Source: a virus
Lineage: Duplodnaviria > Caudoviricetes
IMG/VR virus record: IMGVR_UViG_3300008255_000135
Coordinates: 5,351-69,350 of that record
Length of the DNA stretch: 64,000 nt
Direction: 5' to 3' (one strand)
Translations under genes and position numbers: made by a program
Notes under the pieces: model-generated
What the model was told of the DNA's origin: nothing
The model's input: the letters and a program-made list of their open reading frames with translations, nothing else
Database searches by the model: none
In this document: in pieces, positions 1 through 7,323 of the stretch
How positions within the stretch are numbered: the first letter of the stretch is position 1
Layout of the letters: each line of letters opens with the position of its first letter

Positions 1-439
1 GGACCGCCTCGGTCAGCTCGGGGAAGGCGTCGGCCCCCGCCTCGTAGTCGAGGGTGTCCCCCTCGCCGGCGATTGGATCCCCCTTCTCGGTGTCCCAGCT
101 GCGTCCCGCCGCCTTGCGAACCCTCGCCACCCAGACCTGCCCAACCTCCGGGTCGAACGCGATCAGGAACGCGTGGTCCAAGGTCGCCTTGGACATCGCC
201 GCCTTCATCGTGGTGGACGCGAGGTAGACCTGGCCCTCGGCGTCGGCAATCTGGCCCGTCTCGGCGGACAAGATCCGGTACCCGTCGCAGGCGTAGATCC
301 GCGCGGTCCCGAAGTCGAGCCCCCACCACCACGACCTGGGGTTCTTCGAGGTCAGGTCGAGCAACACATCCACCTCCGCTTTGCGGAGCACGAACGTGGG
401 CAGAAGGCGCGAACCCCAGAACAGCGGAACGAGTTTCAT
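1..439 (-). CDS. Hypothetical protein, runs off the window edge (MKLVPLFWGSRLLPTF...); not in the ORF track
   Basis: Manual translation: ATG at 439 overlaps the upstream TGA (ATGA) and the frame stays open to position 1; contains IYACDGYRILS. Confidence 0.7.
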   Translation of the reverse strand, partial: MKLVPLFWGSRLLPTFVLRKAEVDVLLDLTSKNPRSWWWGLDFGTARIYACDGYRILSAETGQIADAEGQVYLASTTMKAAMSKATLDHAFLIAFDPEVGQVWVARVRKAAGRSWDTEKGDPIAGEGDTLDYEAGADAFPELTEAV

Positions 440-522
440 CGGAGTATCACCTGCGCGACCAGGGCGACCAGGGCGAGCAGGGCCGCCCCCAACAACGAGA
501 GCCGGGACACCAGGTCGATCAC
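436..522 (-). CDS. 28-aa single-transmembrane peptide MIDLVSRLSLLGAALLALVALVAQVILR
   Basis: Manual translation; GTGA and ATGA start/stop overlaps at both ends indicate translational coupling; hydrophobic core. Confidence 0.6.
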   Translation of the reverse strand: MIDLVSRLSLLGAALLALVALVAQVILR

Positions 523-1178
523 GAGGACGGGCTCCCCTCGAACGACTCGTGGAGCTCGAAGGCCAGCTCCCGCAGCTGCGCCTTGGGGACGTGGCGCCCC
601 AGGTCCTTCTTACTCGCCAGCGATCGACACGAGAACCCCCGCAGCCGCATCCGCGAGCAGATCGCCGCCTCGGTCCGCCGGGTGGGGTTGGGCCCACACC
701 GCCGCTTGTCGCCCTCCGACCAGCACACGAACGAGCCGGCGTAGATCGCCTGCGCGTCGAGGAAGTTCTGCGCATCGTACCGCGCAAAGGCCCGGTGCAA
801 GATCTCCAGGGCGACGAGGGCCGAGACCTCGGGAACGCAGAACATGGGGTCCTCGTCCTCGCCCGGCCACTTGTCGGCGTGCCAGGTCAGCGAGAGCCCG
901 AGCGGACCGAGCCCGTTCTCCCCCTCCCCCTTGGTGTGGTGGACCCCCGCGCGACCGTCCGACTCGCGGACCACCGACGCGTCCATGTAAGCGCAGGTGA
1001 TCGGCGAGGCCTTGACGTGGCGACACACCGCCTGGACGCGGGCTCGCGTCTCCTCGCGCTCCGCCTCGGTGTACTTCCGGGGCTCACCGATGGGGTCGCA
1101 GCCCGGGAGCGAGGGTGGGGGGAGCTCGACCGTGGTGGGGTCGGCGAACAACAGAAACAGCGTAATAAGCGCACTCAT
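519..1178 (-). CDS. Exported lysozyme-like / lytic transglycosylase-fold protein
   Basis: Hydrophobic N-terminus; VVRESDG...GENGLGPLGL resembles the SLT catalytic Glu-Ser plus GLMQ-like motif; alternative start at 1190. Confidence 0.55.
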   Translation of the reverse strand: MSALITLFLLFADPTTVELPPPSLPGCDPIGEPRKYTEAEREETRARVQAVCRHVKASPITCAYMDASVVRESDGRAGVHHTKGEGENGLGPLGLSLTWHADKWPGEDEDPMFCVPEVSALVALEILHRAFARYDAQNFLDAQAIYAGSFVCWSEGDKRRCGPNPTRRTEAAICSRMRLRGFSCRSLASKKDLGRHVPKAQLRELAFELHESFEGSPSS

Positions 1179-1194
1179 GACTTGGGACACTACC

Positions 1195-3219
1195 TCACAA
1201 CTCCACGATCTGAGTCGGTTGAAGCCGGTCTCGCACGGCCGGCGAGTGGGAGATCACGACCACCGAGCGGTCGCGCGCGAGTTCTTGGACCGCTGCGCAC
1301 ACGCGTTCGGACCGAGCGGAATCGACTGCATCGAGGATTTCATCCAAGAACAGCACCCCCCAGCTCGTGACCCCGCGCGCAAGTCGGGAAACCTCGGACA
1401 TCGCCAGGACCACCGCCAGATCAACCACCCGCTGCTCCCCACCGGAGAGGTCGGCGTAGTCGTCCCCGCTCGCGCGGCCCTGGATGCGCAGGGCGATGGC
1501 GTTCTTGGTACCCTTGACTCCCTCGGTGTAGGGGCGGAGCTCTAGCTTCAACTCCCCCGTGAACCGCTGGAGCCACTGGTTGGCGATCGTTTCCAGGGCT
1601 TCGAGCGCGCGGCCGAGAATGTGCGCGCGCACGCCCTTGGGTTCGAGGATCTTGACCCCGTCGACGGCTACATCCGCAACCTCGCGGGCGGCCTCGACCT
1701 GGCCCCGAAGATCCTCCACGACCTGTTGGAGCTCGGCGATCTCCGAGCGCGCGGCCTCGCACCGCTGGGTCCAGTCGCCCCGCATCCGCGCGACCTCGGC
1801 GACCCGGGCCGCGTGGTGACGCTCCTCGGCCTGACGCACGGCCCTGGTGTGGCGCAGCTTCTCCGCCTGGGCCTGCGCGTCGCGCCGGGTCTGCTCCAAG
1901 TCCAAGACGCCCACAGCGAGCGGGGGTCCGAGCGCGTCGAGTTCGTCCGCCAGCTCGGACCGCCGGCGGGTCGCGGCTTCCACGGCTTTCGCCTTCGCGC
2001 GGTGGTCTTCGAGCATCGCCTTCAAGCGCTGCCCCTCCGCTTGGATCTGGTGTTGGCGCTGGCGCAGCTGGTCCAGCTCGGCGTGCAGCTCACCCTCGGC
2101 GGATTCGAGCTCGTCGCGGTGGGCCTCCGCGGCCGCTTGGATGGCGGATAGCCGCGTGCGCAGCTCGACCACCTCTTGCTGGAGGCGAGCCCGGAGCTCC
2201 TGCGCGATCGGCTGCTGGCAAGTTGGGCAAGCGTCGCGGTCCAGCAAGTCGGCGCGCTTCTCCGCCTGGGCCAGCTCCGCCTGCGCGCCGGCGATGTCCG
2301 ACCCCGAGGCCTTCAAGTCCGACTTCACCTCCGAGATGTCCGCGAGGAACCCGGTGATCAGCTCCCCGAGCTGGCCCCACTCCCCGCGCAAGCGCTCGAT
2401 CTCCGCCTCGTCCGGGGCGTCGTCGCCCACAACCGGGACCCCAAGCCCAGCCAGCTCCGCCGCAATGGTCTGGCGCCGGTACGCGGCATTCAGCTGCGCG
2501 TCGCATTCTTGGAAGTGGGCGGTGACCCGCGAGAGCTCCTCGTCGAGCTCGAAGACCCACCCGGCGGACCAACCCAGCGGGGGCGGGTCTTCGATCGTGT
2601 CAAGCGTGGCGACGGCCAGCTCCAGGTTGGCCTCAGCCGAGGCCAACCCCAGGGTCTTGGCCCCGAGATTCCCCTCCAGCTTCTGGAGCTCGTCGAGGGC
2701 CAGCGACCGCCGGCCCTTGGCCACCTCGTGGGCGTCGGCGAGGTAGGACAGATCGACCAGCTCCTCGACCACCGCGCGGCGGTCCGCGTCGGTGGCCGCG
2801 GTGAACGTGTCCGCCGACCGACTGGTAAAGATGCAAGACTTGTACCAGCCAGCGAAGTCGCCGACCCGGGTCTCCAGCGACTCTTGCCACTTCGACGTGG
2901 TGGCGTAGGCCTCCACCGTCTCACCCGGAATCGAGAACTCCATCTTCGACGAACTCGAAGCAGTAGCGCTCCGCACGACCGTCAGCCCATCGCGGAGCTC
3001 GACCTCGACCATGCTTCCCCCTGCCCGGTACCCCCGCGACTTGCGGGACCCGACCTTCCGAATCGATCGGTTCCAGAACGCAGCCGCGACCGCCTCGATG
3101 TAGGAAGACTTCCCCGACCCGTTCGGGCCGGTGATCAGGGTGACCCCCGTGGGCGGGAGAAGCAGCTCCGCCGAGTCGTGGCTCATGAAGTTCGTGAGGG
3201 TGATTCGCCGGATGTCCAT
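1195..3219 (-). CDS. sbcC: SbcC/Rad50 (T4 gp46-like) SMC ATPase
   Basis: Walker A GPNGSGKS, coiled coil with CPTC zinc hook, LSGGE signature, Walker B LFLDE, SH H-loop. Confidence 0.95.
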   Translation of the reverse strand: MDIRRITLTNFMSHDSAELLLPPTGVTLITGPNGSGKSSYIEAVAAAFWNRSIRKVGSRKSRGYRAGGSMVEVELRDGLTVVRSATASSSSKMEFSIPGETVEAYATTSKWQESLETRVGDFAGWYKSCIFTSRSADTFTAATDADRRAVVEELVDLSYLADAHEVAKGRRSLALDELQKLEGNLGAKTLGLASAEANLELAVATLDTIEDPPPLGWSAGWVFELDEELSRVTAHFQECDAQLNAAYRRQTIAAELAGLGVPVVGDDAPDEAEIERLRGEWGQLGELITGFLADISEVKSDLKASGSDIAGAQAELAQAEKRADLLDRDACPTCQQPIAQELRARLQQEVVELRTRLSAIQAAAEAHRDELESAEGELHAELDQLRQRQHQIQAEGQRLKAMLEDHRAKAKAVEAATRRRSELADELDALGPPLAVGVLDLEQTRRDAQAQAEKLRHTRAVRQAEERHHAARVAEVARMRGDWTQRCEAARSEIAELQQVVEDLRGQVEAAREVADVAVDGVKILEPKGVRAHILGRALEALETIANQWLQRFTGELKLELRPYTEGVKGTKNAIALRIQGRASGDDYADLSGGEQRVVDLAVVLAMSEVSRLARGVTSWGVLFLDEILDAVDSARSERVCAAVQELARDRSVVVISHSPAVRDRLQPTQIVEL

Positions 3220-4334
3220 TACTTGGCCTCCTGCAAGCAGTCGAGCACGAACCGCTCCACCGCAGCTCGGGGGGCGTCGATCGGCGCGGACCGGATGTAG
3301 TCGACCACCGCCTCGTGGTGGGACTGAGCCGACACCGCAACCTGGACTGCGGCCGCGGCTTGGGCCTTCTGCCGCGAGTCATCGAGCTGGATCTCCGTCG
3401 CCCGGGCCTCGACCCGAGTCAAGAGGTCCTCGGCCTCGGCGACATCCTCGGGGGGCACGGACACCGAAACATAGAGGGGGATGGCGAGGGGGTCCCGATC
3501 CCCGGAAACGAGTTCGCGCAGCGCGACGATCCCCGCGACCTTCACGAACCGCGGCCCGGGGACATCGATGATCTCGACCGCGCGGGTGTCCGTGTCGAGG
3601 ACCGCCATGGTCCCGAACCGCCCGCCCGTGTCGGTGAACCGGTTCGGGGCCAGGGTGCCCACCTGGACCACCTCGCACTCGCGCCCGCCGGCGCCCTCGA
3701 CCGTCCACCGTCGGTGCACGTGCCAGTTGCCGGCGAAGGCGTAGTCGAACCGGTGCTCCCGCAGAACTCGCTCGACCGTCCCCAGGCACACCTGGTCGTC
3801 CGCGTCGTCGAGGTAGTACGGGGTCCGCGAGTCCGAGACCCCCAGGTGGAAGGCGAGTACGTGGGGCCCATCCCACTGGGGGAGGCCTTTGCTGGCGGCC
3901 GCAACAACCTCGGGGAGCCAATCCTCGGCACGGCCCGACCGGAATGGGACCAGCAAGATCGCCGCGGGACCAGCGGTGACCCAACGGGGCTCCGTGTCGG
4001 CGATGGTCTTGGCGACTCCTCGAAGGGGGGCGAGCGCGTGGTCGAGAGAGGCCAAGCTCCGCTGATCATGGTTGCCGACCAGGAAGTGGTCGACGATCGT
4101 GTCCGAATCCAGCAGGTCTTGCATCGCGGCAATGACCTGGGGCTCCACCCGATCATAGTCGAACAGGTCCCCGAGCCCGACGTGAGTCGAGCACCCCAGC
4201 TCGACCATCCTTGCGCGCGCCCACGCAAAGGACCTCAGCACATCGCGGCATCGCTGGTTGAGCCCCGCGACCACGGGGCCTCCGTTCTTCCCGTAGTTGC
4301 CGACGTGTTGGTCGGTGGTCCAGGCGATCTTCAT
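3219..4334 (-). CDS. sbcD: SbcD/Mre11 (T4 gp47-like) metallophosphoesterase nuclease
   Basis: DQH, GDLFD, GNHD, GNWH motifs; adjacent to sbcC. Confidence 0.93.
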   Translation of the reverse strand: MKIAWTTDQHVGNYGKNGGPVVAGLNQRCRDVLRSFAWARARMVELGCSTHVGLGDLFDYDRVEPQVIAAMQDLLDSDTIVDHFLVGNHDQRSLASLDHALAPLRGVAKTIADTEPRWVTAGPAAILLVPFRSGRAEDWLPEVVAAASKGLPQWDGPHVLAFHLGVSDSRTPYYLDDADDQVCLGTVERVLREHRFDYAFAGNWHVHRRWTVEGAGGRECEVVQVGTLAPNRFTDTGGRFGTMAVLDTDTRAVEIIDVPGPRFVKVAGIVALRELVSGDRDPLAIPLYVSVSVPPEDVAEAEDLLTRVEARATEIQLDDSRQKAQAAAAVQVAVSAQSHHEAVVDYIRSAPIDAPRAAVERFVLDCLQEAK

Positions 4335-4344
4335 CGCCGGACTC

Positions 4345-5475
4345 TTACCCCTCGTCGGGCAGATTCGCCGCCATCAATCGCGCCGTCGCCTCAGCCGTGG
4401 ACGTGGCCTGCGCGGACTTCTTGGCCTTCGCAGGTGTTGGGGTGTCGCCCTCGCCCACGAGGGCGCGGGTGGGGGGCGGTGCGTCCTTCAAGCGATGCCG
4501 GACCTCCGCCTCGATGGCGTCCGCAACTTCGGGGTTCTCCTCCAGGTGCGTGACGGCCCGCTGGCGCCCCTGGCCAATGCGATCCCCCTTGTAGCTCAGC
4601 CACGCGCCAGCCTTGTCCACCACCCCCACGGCCACCCCGAGCTCGATCACCTCGGCGGTCCGGTCGATCCCAGCCCCAAATCGGATGTCGAACTCAGCCT
4701 CTCGGAAGGGGGGCGCCAGCTTGTTCTTCTTGACCTTGACCCGGGTCCGGTTGGCGATCTGGGCCTCCCCGTCCTTCACCCCTGCGATCCGCCGGGTGTC
4801 GAGGCGGACCGAGGCATAGAACTTGAGCGCGTTCCCCCCGGTGGTCGTCTCGGGAGACCCAAACTTCACGCCGATCTTCATCCGAATCTGGTTGATGAAG
4901 ACGACCATGGTCTTGGTCCGCGAAGCCGCCGCCGTGATCTTGCGGAGCGCCTGGCTCATCATCCGCGCCTGGGTCCCCACGTGGTAATCCCCAACCTCCC
5001 CGTCGATCTCCGCCTTGGGAGTGAGGGCCGCCACCGAGTCGATCACGACCACCGCGATGGAGCCGGAGTCGACCAGCATGGAAGTGATCTCCAGCGCCTG
5101 CTCCCCGTAGTCAGGCTGCGAGAGGAGCAGGCCGGGGACATCGACCCCCAGGGACTCGGCGTACTTCACATCCAGCGCGTGCTCGGCATCGATGAACGCA
5201 CAGAGCCCCCCGGCCCGCTGGGCATTGGCGAGCAGATGGAGGGTCAGCGTGGTCTTGCCGCTCGACTCGGGGCCGTAGATCTCGATGATCCGCCCGCGCG
5301 GGAACCCGCCCACGCCAATCGCGTGGTCCAAGCCGATCGACCCGGAGGACACCACGTCGTATTGACGGTCCGGGACCGAGTCCATGCGCAGAATCGTGTT
5401 CGCGCCAAACTTCTTGTTGATGTTCGCTATCAGGTCAGCGGAGGATGGAAGGGTCGGGGCGATGGCTTTGGACAT
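4345..5475 (-). CDS. recA: RecA recombinase
   Basis: [46 protein letters not shown]; likely start MSKAIAP at 5475. Confidence 0.98.
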   Translation of the reverse strand: MSKAIAPTLPSSADLIANINKKFGANTILRMDSVPDRQYDVVSSGSIGLDHAIGVGGFPRGRIIEIYGPESSGKTTLTLHLLANAQRAGGLCAFIDAEHALDVKYAESLGVDVPGLLLSQPDYGEQALEITSMLVDSGSIAVVVIDSVAALTPKAEIDGEVGDYHVGTQARMMSQALRKITAAASRTKTMVVFINQIRMKIGVKFGSPETTTGGNALKFYASVRLDTRRIAGVKDGEAQIANRTRVKVKKNKLAPPFREAEFDIRFGAGIDRTAEVIELGVAVGVVDKAGAWLSYKGDRIGQGRQRAVTHLEENPEVADAIEAEVRHRLKDAPPPTRALVGEGDTPTPAKAKKSAQATSTAEATARLMAANLPDEG

Positions 5476-5785
5476 ACGAAACGCGGGCCTCGCACCCGCT
5501 CGGTCTTTGATCGGCGGAGGACTCTCCGGTGCAGATACGTATGCACAGACGGTGGGCTGACTCGTCGGAGTTCCCCACACGGACGTTCCCAAGCGCTGAT
5601 GGCCGCGATTCCACGTCGAAGTGCTCGCCATAAGAGCCCGAATCTCACGGGCTTGCGTCTACTTCCGCTGTCACGGTTTTTGCGTCGGGCCTCATCGCCG
5701 CCCCCTAGCACCTCTCATCCCGGTGCTAGTCTCAGCCGACCCCCATCGAAGGATGGTCCCGGGGTCGGTTTCGGCCTCGTCGGCG
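5476..5785 (-). ncRNA. Candidate structured RNA / recA leader
   Basis: ~310-bp intergenic stretch with several stems, e.g. CTAGCACC/GGTGCTAG, GCCGACCCC/GGGGTCGGT, and GCCCG-TGAGATT-CGGGC on the minus strand. Confidence 0.35.
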
Positions 5786-6691
5786 CTAGAACGGGGTGTT
5801 AGCCGTTTGCCCCGCGCTGTCCGCCAAATCTGCGTCCACAGTCTGACTCTGGAAGCCCCCGTCCGCGAGCCCCGATGCCGGAGCAGCCGCGGGGGGCAGG
5901 GCTGCCGGGGCCGGAGCCGGCCGGGCCGCGGGAGCCGGGGCCGGGGCCGACTGCACGGTGTGGCCGCGGGCCTCCGCCGTCAGCTCGTTCCCCTTCTGCA
6001 CGATCTCCTCGTACGAGAGGGTTTTCAGCTTCTGACTGAGCGGAGCGCGGAGAGCCCCTTGCAGCCACTCCACCATCTGCTCGTCGGTCTCGGCGAGCCG
6101 GTCGTGGTTCCCGTTGCGGATGTTCACGCGGTACTTGACGTAGCCGTCCTTCTCGAACTTCTTGATCGCCAGATCGTCACCCTCGAACGGGTGGGTGAAG
6201 TCCTGGCCGTACACGTCCTCGTCCTGGAGGAGCTCCACCATCTGCTCCAGGATCATCGACCCATAGGCCATGACCTGAATCCCCGCCTCGGGGTTCTTGC
6301 GGTCGACGATGTAGCTGTAGACGCGGAGCTTGGCGTTGTAGTCCTTGGCCCGCTTCGCGTCGACGGGGTTCCCCGTCGCATTCAAGCGATCCGCTTCCTC
6401 ACAAGCCGGACACCGGCCGCCCCCATTCTCACGCGGGCATCCGAAGCTGAAATGCTTGTCGCCGCCGGACCAGTTGCGGAAGAAGTGCTCGTAGCCCATC
6501 ACCCACGGCTCGGTCTGGCCCGGGGGTGGGGGGAGAAGGCGGACCACATTGATCCCGTCCTCCAGCTTGAAGTAGTTCCGGTTCCGGTTGGCGACGGCTT
6601 TTGCGGCCGCGGCTGCGGCGTCTTTCGTCACGCCACCGAATAGAGACTGGAGTCCGGTGTTGGGGGCAGGGGTAGGTTGGGTATCGGTCAC
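5786..6691 (-). CDS. Single-stranded DNA-binding protein, T4 gp32-like
   Basis: YFKLEDGINVVRLLPP, EHF, CP...CPACE zinc motif, Ala/Pro linker and acidic tail; position next to recA. Confidence 0.8.
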   Translation of the reverse strand: MTDTQPTPAPNTGLQSLFGGVTKDAAAAAAKAVANRNRNYFKLEDGINVVRLLPPPPGQTEPWVMGYEHFFRNWSGGDKHFSFGCPRENGGGRCPACEEADRLNATGNPVDAKRAKDYNAKLRVYSYIVDRKNPEAGIQVMAYGSMILEQMVELLQDEDVYGQDFTHPFEGDDLAIKKFEKDGYVKYRVNIRNGNHDRLAETDEQMVEWLQGALRAPLSQKLKTLSYEEIVQKGNELTAEARGHTVQSAPAPAPAARPAPAPAALPPAAAPASGLADGGFQSQTVDADLADSAGQTANTPF

Positions 6692-6729
6692 TGGTACATT
6701 CCTTGCACTTCGAGCACGGTTTTCACGGT

Positions 6730-7323
6730 TTAGAATGCGGGCTCATCAGGACCCCGCCCGCCACTCTTACCGTATTCGGAGGGGCTTTGGCGAGCCTGCG
6801 CAACATCCATCGGCCGGGCCCGGAGCTCGGCGTTTAGCCGCATCCCTATCGCTGTGAGCATATCGCGCTTTACACGACCCACGTCGCACCAGGCCTTCCC
6901 CGCTTTCACCGCGACTTCCGCGAGGATGTAGGCGGTTCGAGCCTCGGCGTACTCGGGGTCGACGAGGACCGCGGAGTCGATGTCCCCTACCGTCGGGGTT
7001 CGGAGTCGGATCTCCACCCGCTTGTACTTGCGGCCCGCGGCGGCAGCCGTGTTCGCGGCCACATCGTCCGCCGCCCGCTCAGCCCGGAAGGCCTTCTTCG
7101 CCGCCTGGAGAAGCGCCTCCTTGTGGACCAGCTTCAACCTCGCCTCGGTGATCTCGAAGTGCATCTTGGCCTTCAAGTAGGTCTCCTCAGCGAGCACGTA
7201 CTGATGGGCGAAGTGCGCGAGGATCTCCGGGGCCTCGATGAACTCCGCCTCGATGTCGTCGGGGTCGATCGAGAGAAACTTTCGGACCTGCTCGTAGGGG
7301 ATCACGCTGCCACTGTCGTCCAC
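6730..7323 (-). CDS. UvsY-like recombination mediator
   Basis: All-helical; SIDPDDIEAEFIEAPEILAHF and C-terminal KRDML pattern resemble UvsY; GTG start with GGAG RBS. Confidence 0.6.
   Translation of the reverse strand: MDDSGSVIPYEQVRKFLSIDPDDIEAEFIEAPEILAHFAHQYVLAEETYLKAKMHFEITEARLKLVHKEALLQAAKKAFRAERAADDVAANTAAAAGRKYKRVEIRLRTPTVGDIDSAVLVDPEYAEARTAYILAEVAVKAGKAWCDVGRVKRDMLTAIGMRLNAELRARPMDVAQARQSPSEYGKSGGRGPDEPAF

Noticed and set aside
73-1545. Long plus-strand ORFs here and throughout the window (e.g. 4297-5802, 7494-10313, 28254-30371, 45920-47893, 49358-51298)
   Set aside because: Antisense shadows of real minus-strand genes; Arg/Gly/Pro-rich with no motifs, as expected from high GC3 bias
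5620-5706. tRNA- or tmRNA-like appearance (GGGGGCG...CGAC start and a T-loop-like arm)
   Set aside because: No acceptor-stem complement, no CCA end, no cloverleaf
5755-5785. Hammerhead-like string CCGACGAG-GCC-GAAAC on the minus strand
   Set aside because: Core reads CCGA rather than CUGA, and no convincing stems I and III or cleavage triplet were found
5672-6731. CACGGTTT repeated at 5672, 6715 and 6724 near ssb and recA
   Set aside because: Only 8 bp, and it also occurs in coding sequence at 11030; too weak to call an operator
6708-6736. Plus-strand TAGAAT -10-like box
   Set aside because: Coincides with the TAA stop of the UvsY-like gene and has no credible -35
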